DNA of 32,000 nucleotides from Endozoicomonas sp. (GTDB lineage Bacteria; Pseudomonadota; Gammaproteobacteria; Pseudomonadales; Endozoicomonadaceae). Numbering within the stretch: position 1 is the stretch's first letter; each line of letters starts with the position of its first letter. The notes below the pieces were generated by a model. That model saw only the letters and a program-made list of their open reading frames with translations, made no database searches and was not told where the DNA came from. This document shows positions 1-8,545 of this stretch, one piece after another. Where the stretch lies: NCBI GenBank assembly GCA_965199185.1, contig CBDAQW010000004.1, positions 169,032-201,031 of the forward strand, in the 5' to 3' direction. The translations under genes were made by a program, and so were the position numbers.

Positions 1-118
1 CCCCGGTTGCTATTATGAGTTTGCGCTGCGTTATCCTCTGCCTGACGGTGAGCTTTATCAGGGGTTTGTTGCGGCTTCGGCTGATAGGATTTTTGAGAGT
101 ACTCATCACTGACCTGTA

Positions 119-448
119 TCCCAGTCATTACTTTTATCTTTATACTTGCTGATCCATGATTTATGGGTTCTGTACAAAATAACAGTCAAAGACGTTTTGC
201 GCACTCTGCTTTCATCCCTTACAGGGATGAGGCTGTCGCAAAATTAATGTAGGTCGGGTTCCTGTGGAGCAGGAACCCGACAATCAGCATGAAATGCTGA
301 AAAATCAGCTTTTTTATGCGCTTTTTGAGCGCATTGTCGGCTCACCCAAACGGGTGAACCGACCGAAGAGCTTTTGCGACAGCCTTGGGATTGTACGAGA
401 TCCCCTGGCATGGATAGCCATGTTGAAATTAAAAATCACACATCGGAC
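119..448 (-). repeat. MITE-1 copy A, reverse orientation, with a degenerate left terminus and a nested second element
   Basis: Aligns by eye to the reverse complement of the intact copy at 18827..19007 (ttatgggttctgtaca...; ...ggcatggatagccatgttgaaattaaaaatcacacatcgga). It is interrupted at 230..385. The terminus near 119-140 is mutated relative to acccgatgtgtgactttt. Confidence 0.7.
230..385. repeat. Element-2: 156-bp TIR-bounded insert nested inside MITE-1 copy A
   Basis: Perfect 14-bp terminal inverted repeat: aggctgtcgcaaaa at 230-243 and ttttgcgacagcct at 372-385. Internal 12-bp stem tcgggttcctgt/acaggaacccga. A shorter homologous copy lies at 13127..13231, at the same position in MITE-1 copy B. 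Confidence 0.65.
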
Positions 449-646
449 TTTATCTGGCTTGTGCCAACTCGTCGGATAAGCCTTATATAAATCTGTCTTT
501 CAACTCCCTAAAATACACACCCTTCTCCAGCTCATTGAACCATTAGCCGGTTCGCGAGCCAGATACTTTCATCGATACCCCTGATTAGGGATAATTGCAC
601 CCGTTTTACTCGATGAGCTAACAGGCAGCCAGGTTTCAGAAAACAG

Positions 647-1759
647 ATGAATCAGATAGATTGGCACGACATCAAAAGAGTTCTTGTTATCAAGTTCAGA
701 CACCATGGTGATGTACTTCTGACAACGCCTGTTTTCAATACAATCAAAAACCACCACCCTGAAATTGAGGTAGACGCCTTAGTCTATGATGAAACCGCCC
801 CTATGCTGGAGGGTTTGCCTGCATTAAGTCAGCTGCATACAGTAAAGCGCCAGTCGAAGAAAAAAGGTATAAGACATCAGATACAACAAGAGCTCAAACT
901 CATATCTGATCTGAAGGCTCGCCAGTATGATCTGATTATTCATCTAACGGAACACTGGCGAGGTTCTACGTTCTGTCGTTTGTTGAAACCTAAATACAGT
1001 GTTGTGGCTAAATATTCTCGCCGACAGGGTAAGTGGTGGAAAAACTCTTTCACTCACCACTATCCTACACCGCCAACACCATATCATACTGTTGAAAAGC
1101 ATCTTGATTCATTGCGTCACTTAAACCTGCATCCAGAAACCTATAGTGACCTTAGAACAACATTTACAATTGATAAGCAAACCTCAGAATACACGGCTTC
1201 TGTTTTAAAAGAGCACGGTCTTGTACCTAATGGCTATATACTCTTTCATCCAACATCACGATGGCTATTCAAATGTTGGAAAGAATCTCATGCCGCAGAA
1301 GTAATTGATCATTTACAAAACGCCGGTTGGAGAGTTGTGCTTACCAGTGGTCCTGATAAAAATGAACTCAATATGATCGGTAGAATTCTGAAACGTTGTG
1401 AAACACAACCAATCAATCTTTCAGGAAAAACAAATTTAAAGCAACTGGGCAGTTTGATTAATACTTGTCGACTTTTTTTGGGCATGGATTCTGTGCCAAT
1501 GCATATGGCCGCTGCACTCGAAAAGCCTGTTGTAGCTCTCTTTGGACCATCCAGTGAGCTGTATTGGGCTCCGTGGAAAACTCATTCAGAGATCTTAGTA
1601 GACGACAGCCCCTGTCGCCCCTGTGGACTTGATGGCTGTGGTGGTAGTAAACGAAGTAATTGCCTCTATAACATTTCTGCTCAACAGGTCATAGGCAGTA
1701 TTTATAAATTACTATCAAGAACAGACCAGAAACAGTGCATAAATCATGAGGCAGTGTGA
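647..1759 (+). CDS. GT9 ADP-heptose:LPS heptosyltransferase, heptosyltransferase III (WaaQ/RfaQ)-like
   Basis: 370-aa ORF. N-terminal VLVIKFRHHGDVLLTTPVF and C-terminal LGMDSVPMHMAAAL motifs are typical of GT9. The Cys-rich CRPCGLDGCGG tail is seen in heptosyltransferase III-type proteins. Confidence 0.85.
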   Translation: MNQIDWHDIKRVLVIKFRHHGDVLLTTPVFNTIKNHHPEIEVDALVYDETAPMLEGLPALSQLHTVKRQSKKKGIRHQIQQELKLISDLKARQYDLIIHLTEHWRGSTFCRLLKPKYSVVAKYSRRQGKWWKNSFTHHYPTPPTPYHTVEKHLDSLRHLNLHPETYSDLRTTFTIDKQTSEYTASVLKEHGLVPNGYILFHPTSRWLFKCWKESHAAEVIDHLQNAGWRVVLTSGPDKNELNMIGRILKRCETQPINLSGKTNLKQLGSLINTCRLFLGMDSVPMHMAAALEKPVVALFGPSSELYWAPWKTHSEILVDDSPCRPCGLDGCGGSKRSNCLYNISAQQVIGSIYKLLSRTDQKQCINHEAV

Positions 1760-2533
1760 ATGACATATCAGCCAAGATCTACTCTCTCTGTCGTACTTAT
1801 TGCAAAAAACAGTGAAGAAACACTTCGCGATTGCCTGAACTCAGTGCAATGGGCAGATGAAATCATTTTACTTGACTCGGGCAGTACAGATGCAACCGTT
1901 GAGATTGCACAAAACCTGAGAGCAAAGGTTTTTGTTCAACCTGGCTGGCAAGGCTATGGTCATCAGCGCCAGCTAGCTCAAGAATATGCGACAGGTGACT
2001 TCATCTTCATGCTGGACACCGATGAACAAGTAACCAGCGAATTGAAAGAAAGCATAAAATACATTCTGTCACAACCTCAAAAACCTAATACCGTATTTCG
2101 CTGTTCTCGTCGTAACTGGTTCCTTGGTCGTTATATGTTTCAGTGTGGCTGGTATCCAGATAAAGTTATTCGCTTATACCTTAATAAAGAAAGGACTTAT
2201 AACAACAACTTGGTTCATGAATCGGTAGATATTGGTGAAGCAGAGGTGGTTGACCTTACAGGCGATTTATTGCACGAGACCTGTAACGATTATATTCGCT
2301 TTCAGGAAAAACAACTGAGATATGCAAAAAGCTGGGCAGAAGACCATTACCAGAAAGGAAAAAAAGTATCGTTAACCAGTGCATTTAGTCACAGTGTAGC
2401 TGCATTTATCAAAGCTTATCTAATTCGAAAAGGCTTTCTGGAAGGAGCACACGGTCTTTTACTATCGCTGGTCATTACACAGTATACTTTCAATAAATAT
2501 GCTTCTTTATGGTCTCTTAACAAACACTCCTAA
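1760..2533 (+). CDS. GT2 glycosyltransferase, WaaE/KdtX-like LPS core enzyme
   Basis: 257-aa ORF. LSVVLIAKNSEETL...ILLDSGSTDAT and a DXD-type MLDTDE motif. The ATG directly abuts the upstream TGA (1757-1759), indicating translational coupling. Confidence 0.85.
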   Translation: MTYQPRSTLSVVLIAKNSEETLRDCLNSVQWADEIILLDSGSTDATVEIAQNLRAKVFVQPGWQGYGHQRQLAQEYATGDFIFMLDTDEQVTSELKESIKYILSQPQKPNTVFRCSRRNWFLGRYMFQCGWYPDKVIRLYLNKERTYNNNLVHESVDIGEAEVVDLTGDLLHETCNDYIRFQEKQLRYAKSWAEDHYQKGKKVSLTSAFSHSVAAFIKAYLIRKGFLEGAHGLLLSLVITQYTFNKYASLWSLNKHS

Positions 2534-2601
2534 TCTAGCCATTACAAAAACCAACTCAAAATTTGTGCAACCTGGCTGTTCGCACACCTGGAATAATCAA
2601 G

Positions 2602-3726
2602 ATGCTCAAACTGGCAATTGTACGTCAAAAATATCGCCCCGATGGAGGGGCAGAACGTTTCGTAGCTTCAGCCTTGACAGCACTCACACAGCAAACCCAA
2701 CTACAGGTATCAGTTCTTACCAGACAATGGCAGGGTAACAACAATTCAGATTTTGAAATAATTCCTTGTAATCCTTTTAAATGGGGCAGAGTTAGCAGGG
2801 AAGCAGGGTTTGCACATTCAGCAAAGAAACATTTTAGTAAATTTGATATTGTCCAAAGTCATGAACGAATTCCGGGATGCAGTATCTTCCGGGCTGGAGA
2901 TGGAGTTCATAAAGTCTGGCTTGAACAACGCTCTCGTATTCTCTCAGATAAACAAGCTTGTCGCTTAAAGAGAGACCGTTTTCATCGCTATGTGCTACAA
3001 GCTGAAAAAGACATGTTTGAGCACCCTGAACTGCGAGCGGTTATCTGCAATTCAGAAATGGTCAAGGCTGAAATTGCTAACCACTTCGAAATCAACCCTG
3101 AGATCATTCATGTCATTTATAACAGCGTTGATCATCAAACATATAATTCCGATTTAAAGCATCGATTCCGCCACCTTATACGACAGAAGCTTTCTATACA
3201 TGTAGACTCTACTGTCTTATTATTTGTCGGTTCAGGCTTTGAACGTAAAGGGCTAGACGCCTCTATAAAAGCACTTGCGAAAACCCAAAGCCATCTGATT
3301 GTGGTCGGCAAAGATAAGGAACTTTCAAAATATCAGCAACTATGCATCCAGTTGGGTTGTGAGCAAAGGGTTCACTTTGTTGGTATGCAAAAAGAGCCAG
3401 AAAAGTTCTATGGCGCTGCTGATGGATTTATTCTTCCAACCCTGTATGATCCGTTCCCCAATGTTATTCTTGAAGCTATGGCTTCTGGACTCGGAACGAT
3501 TACCAGCCATTCCTGCGGTGGCGCTGAAATAATTCAGAATGATCAGAATGGCTACATTTGTGATGCGTTGGATATTACCGCTCTAACCAATGCCATAGAA
3601 AGATTTGAACAACCCGGCGTTGCGCAACGAGTTGGCGTTGAAGCCCAAAAAACGGTGGCTGATTTCACACCTGAGCGACTGAGCCACGAGCTTGTCACCT
3701 TATATAATGAAGTTTTGAAGATTTAA
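2602..3726 (+). CDS. GT4 glycosyltransferase, WaaG-like LPS core enzyme
   Basis: The track ORF starts at 2563. The internal ATG at 2602 gives MLKLAIVRQKYRPDGGAERF, a typical GT4 N-terminus. The C-terminal PTLYDPFPNVILEAMASGL motif fits GT4. Confidence 0.85.
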   Translation: MLKLAIVRQKYRPDGGAERFVASALTALTQQTQLQVSVLTRQWQGNNNSDFEIIPCNPFKWGRVSREAGFAHSAKKHFSKFDIVQSHERIPGCSIFRAGDGVHKVWLEQRSRILSDKQACRLKRDRFHRYVLQAEKDMFEHPELRAVICNSEMVKAEIANHFEINPEIIHVIYNSVDHQTYNSDLKHRFRHLIRQKLSIHVDSTVLLFVGSGFERKGLDASIKALAKTQSHLIVVGKDKELSKYQQLCIQLGCEQRVHFVGMQKEPEKFYGAADGFILPTLYDPFPNVILEAMASGLGTITSHSCGGAEIIQNDQNGYICDALDITALTNAIERFEQPGVAQRVGVEAQKTVADFTPERLSHELVTLYNEVLKI

Positions 3727-3729
3727 TAC

Positions 3730-4812
3730 ATGAAAATTCTGCACACAGAATCCTCTTGTGGTTGGGGTGGTCAGGAAATCAGAACTCTGACCGAATCAGA
3801 AGGAATGATTGCCAAAGGTCATCAGATCACTATTGCCTGCCCTTCACATTCTAAAATCTATCAGGCAGCCCTGGATCGGGGAATCAATGTTGTAGATCTA
3901 CCTATTCAGAAAAAAAAGCTCTCTTCACTATTAGCAATGAAAAAATTTCTTGCTGCAAATGATTATGATGTCATCAACACCCATAGCTCGACGGATAGTT
4001 GGCTGGTGTCGCTTTGTATAGCCTGGAAAAAGAACCGTCCACGCATTGTTCGCACCAGACACTTGTCTACTAAGGTTCATAATAATACTGCTACCATGTG
4101 GCTCTACAAAAAAGGAAATGATTTTATTGTTACCACAGGGGAAAAGCTTCGTCAGGCGCTCTATGATGTTAATGGCGTTCCTCTGAATAAAATGAAGTCA
4201 GTCCCAACAGGCATTGATGAGAACAAATTTATTCCTGCAAGTGATAAGCTGCTGACCAAGCAGAGCTTAGGAATACCAGCAGATAAAACGGTAATAGGTA
4301 TTCTCGCGACCATTCGCTCTTGGAAAGGGCACCAATATTTGCTTGAAGCATTTGCCAGACTTGGCAGGAATGATATTCATCTACTGATTGTTGGCGATGG
4401 TCCTGGCTACCGGCAAGTAAAAGACCAGGCAACAGCTTTAGGGATTAGTGAACAGATATCGATGCCAGGCAATCAGGAAAATGTTGTTCCCTGGTTGCAG
4501 GCAATGGATATTTTCTGCCTCCCTTCATACGGTAATGAAGGAGTACCACAGGGCATAATGCAAGCTATGTTTTGTGGATTGCCAATTATCTCAACAGATG
4601 TTGGCAGCATCCTCGAAGTGTTGCACCCTAATCAGAATGGCATACAAATTCGCACTAAAAATTCTAATGATATAGAGCATGCACTTCTCGAGTTACTAGA
4701 CAAGCCTGAGCTCAGAAAAACTTATGGCAACTTCAGCCTGAATCATGCTCGTAAACATTGCACTATGACGAAAATGATTTCTGATATGGAAGCTGTTTTT
4801 ACTGGCAGTTGA
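3730..4812 (+). CDS. GT4 glycosyltransferase
   Basis: 360-aa ORF starting 4 nt after the upstream stop. MKILHTESSCGWGGQE N-terminus and LPSYGNEGVPQGIMQAMFCGLPIISTDVGS GT-B C-terminal motif. Confidence 0.85.
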   Translation: MKILHTESSCGWGGQEIRTLTESEGMIAKGHQITIACPSHSKIYQAALDRGINVVDLPIQKKKLSSLLAMKKFLAANDYDVINTHSSTDSWLVSLCIAWKKNRPRIVRTRHLSTKVHNNTATMWLYKKGNDFIVTTGEKLRQALYDVNGVPLNKMKSVPTGIDENKFIPASDKLLTKQSLGIPADKTVIGILATIRSWKGHQYLLEAFARLGRNDIHLLIVGDGPGYRQVKDQATALGISEQISMPGNQENVVPWLQAMDIFCLPSYGNEGVPQGIMQAMFCGLPIISTDVGSILEVLHPNQNGIQIRTKNSNDIEHALLELLDKPELRKTYGNFSLNHARKHCTMTKMISDMEAVFTGS

Positions 4813-4823
4813 ACCTTTAATAC

Positions 4824-4841
4824 AGGAGGTTGAAACCTCCT
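4824..4841 (+). terminator. Hairpin terminator ending the four-gene glycosyltransferase operon
   Basis: aggaggt-tgaa-acctcct, a 7-bp stem with a tetraloop, followed by a T-rich tail (atcttattatt), 12 nt after the stop at 4812. Confidence 0.55.
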
Positions 4842-4903
4842 ATCTTATTATTGATATTAATTTTTCTTCTTAAACTCAATCTTCATAGGCTTTCATCTCG
4901 ACA

Positions 4904-5905
4904 ATGAAAAAACCATCCAATTTTCATTTTATTTTAAATGACACTACTCGCTGGCAAGATATTCTATCTGGAGCAAAACCCAAACCAGCAGAGATTAAGA
5001 ATCGCATCATTACAGGGGAAGATATATGGGTTCTTCTTACTTATCTTCATCTATATCATGCAGGTTATGATGTTACCGTCGGAAGTGAAGGTAGAGAAGA
5101 TAAAATAAACGTCATTGATGGTGTGAAGTCTCGTCCTCGGAATACTTTTTCCAATTTCTTCTATATTGCTTGCAGAACAGATGCTCACTATCCATTTTTC
5201 GGGCATTTTGTGCTTCATCAAAACCTAATTCGAAGCGAGCATAAAAACGAAATTTACATACCGCAATGGCCACAACCAGGGCTAATAAAAAGAGACCCTA
5301 AACGCGGCAATGACATACAAACAGTTGCATTTTTTGGTCAGCCTGTACGAAATCTTTCAGAAGAATTTCAATCCGCAGATTTTAAATCTAAATTAAAAGC
5401 CAAAGGTATTGAGTTTATTATCAAAGGAAAAAATAACAATAATGTTGAATGGCATGACTATTCAAATGTAGATCTTGTTATTGCGGTTCGTGACGTGCCA
5501 GTAGAATTATTGAAAATAAAGCCTGTCAATAAAGTAACCAATGCCTGGTTGGCAGACAGCCTATGCATCACAGGTGATGAGCCCGCAGTAGAAGCTGCTT
5601 TTGCTAATAAAGATGCAGTACTCCACGCTACAACAACGGATGGTGTAATTAGCATCATTGATCTTTTAAAAAACAATCCAGATATTTTTTCTCTTTTACG
5701 TGAAGAAGGAAGAAATCTTGCCCAGGATTACTCCGAAGATTCAATCTTAAAAAAATGGATAGACATTGAAACGAATATCAATACTACTTTTCAAGCATGG
5801 AAAAAGAGTAGCAAGCTAAAAAAAGATATTAATTATATCCACAGAAGGATTCTAAACCGCATTAGCAAAACAAAGCATAAATGGACTATTTCAAGACGCA
5901 TATAA
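4904..5905 (+). CDS. Hypothetical protein, possibly a divergent GT-B-fold glycosyltransferase
   Basis: 333-aa ORF in an AT-rich segment, with no motif I can name. The C-terminal half (WHDYSNVDLVIAVRD...KPVNKVTNAWLADSLCITGDEPA...IIDLLKNNP...) resembles the layout of a GT-B C-terminal domain. This is impression only. Confidence 0.6.
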   Translation: MKKPSNFHFILNDTTRWQDILSGAKPKPAEIKNRIITGEDIWVLLTYLHLYHAGYDVTVGSEGREDKINVIDGVKSRPRNTFSNFFYIACRTDAHYPFFGHFVLHQNLIRSEHKNEIYIPQWPQPGLIKRDPKRGNDIQTVAFFGQPVRNLSEEFQSADFKSKLKAKGIEFIIKGKNNNNVEWHDYSNVDLVIAVRDVPVELLKIKPVNKVTNAWLADSLCITGDEPAVEAAFANKDAVLHATTTDGVISIIDLLKNNPDIFSLLREEGRNLAQDYSEDSILKKWIDIETNINTTFQAWKKSSKLKKDINYIHRRILNRISKTKHKWTISRRI

Positions 5906-5973
5906 TCTTCACCCCTTATATCAATATTAGACATTCCTCATAAATTAACGCACAGAAAAATCAGGTTAAAAAG

Positions 5974-6531
5974 TTGAGCCTATTTAAAAAGATCACCCTT
6001 TTGATTCGTTATAGAAAAAAACACTTCAAAAAGTTAGGCACAAATGTCAGCTATCAGGAGATGAATTCAAAATTTCTTTTTACTGAAAACATTTCCATTG
6101 GAGAACATTGCAAAATTTTAGATGGTGCTCACATTGATGGAAGTGGGGGTATAAGTATCGGTAAAGGTACGATAATAGCGCCTTTATGTACCATATTAAC
6201 AAGCAACCATTTTTATGATGAAGATCACCTGGAATATCTTCCCTATGATCACAGAATGATCAAAAAACCAGTATCCATTGGCGATTACTGCTGGATTGGT
6301 CGTAATGTTATGATTATGCCCGGTGTTAAAATTGGAGACGGCTGTGTAATTGCTGCCGGCAGCATAGTTGTTAAAGATATTCCATCTTACTCGGTCGCAG
6401 GAGGCAACCCTGCACGGATAATAAAAAACAGAAAGGGAGAGAAGATAGAGAAACTAATAAAAGAAGGCAGGAGCTACAACGATCCATCAGTAAATACTGA
6501 TATGCGGAAAAGATACATTACCAGCCTGTAA
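5974..6531 (+). CDS. Hexapeptide-repeat (left-handed beta-helix) O-acetyltransferase
   Basis: IGDYCWIGRNVMIMPGVKIGDGCVIAAGSIVVKDIPSYSVAGGNPARIIKNR is a classic LbH acetyltransferase C-terminus. A TTG start at 5974 keeps the conserved FKKLGTNVS region. The alternative ATG at 6061 has no spacer after AGGAG. Confidence 0.8.
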   Translation: MSLFKKITLLIRYRKKHFKKLGTNVSYQEMNSKFLFTENISIGEHCKILDGAHIDGSGGISIGKGTIIAPLCTILTSNHFYDEDHLEYLPYDHRMIKKPVSIGDYCWIGRNVMIMPGVKIGDGCVIAAGSIVVKDIPSYSVAGGNPARIIKNRKGEKIEKLIKEGRSYNDPSVNTDMRKRYITSL

Positions 6532-6542
6532 ATAAATAAAAA

Positions 6543-6568
6543 GCCGTTTGTTTTTGATAACAAACGGC
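6543..6568. terminator. Bidirectional hairpin terminator between convergent genes
   Basis: gccgtttgtt-tttgat-aacaaacggc, a perfect 10-bp stem. It is flanked by A-runs on one side and by A/T-rich sequence on the other. Confidence 0.6.
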
Positions 6569-6589
6569 ATTAAAAAATAGAGATAAAAA

Positions 6590-7900
6590 TCAAATTTCTT
6601 TTTCAAGCATTTTATCTTCCCTCTTAACCTCATGAACAGAGTAAGTTGATTCACTTATAACCTTGCGTGAGTCATCATGCAATCTTTGTAACCATCCCAT
6701 TGATAGACCAATAAGACAAAATGCTAATTGTCCATGTTCTACATATAAAGTTGAATTACCCACACCACCAACAATTACATATATGCCAGACATTAATCCC
6801 ATAATAGGTTCAAGGGCAAAATGTCTGTTAGAAAAGAAAAGCATTAGCCACTGCAAGTGTTTTAGTGCCGTAAGTATTAAAAAAGAAAGTATGAATACTA
6901 ATCCGATGTACCCTCGATTCATTAAAATGCTGGCTACGAAGTTATGACCGTGATTGGTATGAAAAAATTGGCTGTCGTTATATTCAATGTTTCGGTTACT
7001 GGCTATTTTCTCCAGATACTCTCGGCTTGTCGCTTCTGAGAAATGCCTGTCTCCGGCGCCAAACCAAGGGAAGTCTTCCAGTGAGAAAGTAACCGAATTA
7101 AAGATAACACCTCTGGCACTCGTATAATCCTTACCGTTGCCTCCACCTTGGGCACGATACTGAATCTCTGAGCGAAATTCTTGAGCTGATGGTAAATTCT
7201 TACTGACATAATTTATACTACTTGCCATCAGTAATATAGCTACTGCGCTGTATGCTATAAATTTAAAGTTTGCTTTAAAAGTCAGCATCAAAGCCATCAC
7301 CGCCATAACAAACATGACTGCAAGTGATGTCAAAGAGCGGGTGGGTATCATGGCTATTGCAAAAAATACAACACAGCCTGTAAATATCCAGCGAGTCCAG
7401 CCTGTACGTAATATAGCCAATGCAATGGACACACCAAAAGCAAGGTTAATATACAGGGCTGATTGATTGACATGACCAACCGATTTCAGCTCTGGATACA
7501 TTGCTCCATTACTCATCCATACTGCCCATGAGTCAAGCACTGCAATACCTGAACCCATTATTATTGAGACAGCCAGCATGTTACTTTCATGACTTTTGAC
7601 CACTGTCCTTGATAGCATAAGTGCTGGAATGATTAGTTTGGTGAATGTCAAGACACCACTTATTGATTTTTGCCAACCAAACGGGTTGGTAAAACTGGAA
7701 ATAATACCAGCAAATATGAACAGAAGAAGTGTTGCCTCCCACACTTTAAGTCGACCACCAAAGTCCTTCTGTTTGTATGACTGAACAGACCAAATTACTA
7801 TATAAGCCACTAAAAAAAGATTTTTAGGTCCTTCTAATAAAGGTAAAACAAAAAGAAATGCCATGAGCAAGTAAAGCTCAAGCTTTGTCATGGTGCGCAT
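6590..7900 (-). CDS. O-antigen ligase (WaaL / Wzy_C domain) family membrane protein
   Basis: Highly hydrophobic polytopic ORF with a large loop containing SQFFHTNHGHNF, as in O-antigen ligase-like proteins. The track ORF extends to 8008. The ATG at 7900 (MRTMTKLELYLLMAF...) is preceded by AGGA and is the more likely start. Confidence 0.75.
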   Translation of the reverse strand: MRTMTKLELYLLMAFLFVLPLLEGPKNLFLVAYIVIWSVQSYKQKDFGGRLKVWEATLLLFIFAGIISSFTNPFGWQKSISGVLTFTKLIIPALMLSRTVVKSHESNMLAVSIIMGSGIAVLDSWAVWMSNGAMYPELKSVGHVNQSALYINLAFGVSIALAILRTGWTRWIFTGCVVFFAIAMIPTRSLTSLAVMFVMAVMALMLTFKANFKFIAYSAVAILLMASSINYVSKNLPSAQEFRSEIQYRAQGGGNGKDYTSARGVIFNSVTFSLEDFPWFGAGDRHFSEATSREYLEKIASNRNIEYNDSQFFHTNHGHNFVASILMNRGYIGLVFILSFLILTALKHLQWLMLFFSNRHFALEPIMGLMSGIYVIVGGVGNSTLYVEHGQLAFCLIGLSMGWLQRLHDDSRKVISESTYSVHEVKREDKMLEKEI

Positions 7901-8064
7901 GAAATAACATCCTGTAAAAAGTTCGGTCAATTCTAGCATTTCATCTGATGCCAAAAAACTTCGGAAAGTGTCATGGATTAATGACCTGATCCTGAAAAAA
8001 AGAATCATAGTCTTATAATTGGCGTCCTTTGTAGGACTTACGCATTGACAGCACGTTCTAAAGT

Positions 8065-8545
8065 TTGGTAATTGCCATAAATGGCCGCCTTTCAGAGACG
8101 AAAGTGAGAAGTACTACTCGCCCAACAACTGCACGATGCTCACTTCCACAATACATGGGATTTCTGATCAGTGAGCCAAAGTCACCAACATGCACAAGGC
8201 TGGCAGAAGTGGCAGACATTTCTCACGATAGCGTTAATCGCTTTCTTAATCGCGAAGATTATCAACCAAAAGATATGTTTGATGAGGCTGCTCAGGATTT
8301 GAGTCTTGTTGGCGGCACCTTGAGCGTTGACGACAGTGTTCTCGATAAACCTTATAGCCACTCTGTGGCATTGGTTAGTCACTTCTAGTCTGGCAAACAT
8401 CATCGTGTCGTAAAGGGCATCAATCTTATCACCCTTTATTACACCGCTACTGCTGGGCGTCATATGCCTGTAAATTTCAGGATATGTGACAAGCCTGAAG
8501 GCAAAACCAAACTTCATTCAGATACATGATCAGCACTGGCAGATA
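8065..8545 (+). pseudogene. IS701-like DDE transposase, N-terminal part, with an in-frame TAG and frameshifts
   Basis: ...SEPKSPTCTRLAEVADISHDSVNRFLNRE...GGTLSVDDSVLDKPYS... is a typical IS701-like N-terminus. TAG at 8386, after which the reading continues as SGKHHRVVKGINLITLYY. Interrupted by IS630 at 8546. Confidence 0.65.

Noticed and set aside
1-128. Possible 5' end of a minus-strand gene (MTGIQVSDEYSQKSYQPKPQQTPDKAHRQAEDNAAQ...) running off the left edge
   Set aside because: Only 42 low-complexity codons are visible. The ATG lies inside the degenerate MITE terminus with no RBS, so the true gene and its start cannot be judged from this window.
264-479. Track ORF of 71 aa (MEQEPDNQHEMLKN...[13 protein letters not shown]...)
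   Set aside because: It lies entirely inside MITE-1 copy A and element-2. The same peptide pieces recur wherever the repeat occurs, on either strand, so this is repeat read-through and not a gene.
2499-2738. 79-aa ORF bridging the GT2/GT4 junction, and the 2563 start of the GT4 gene
   Set aside because: It is out of frame with both well-supported genes. The GT4 N-terminus is best explained by the ATG at 2602.
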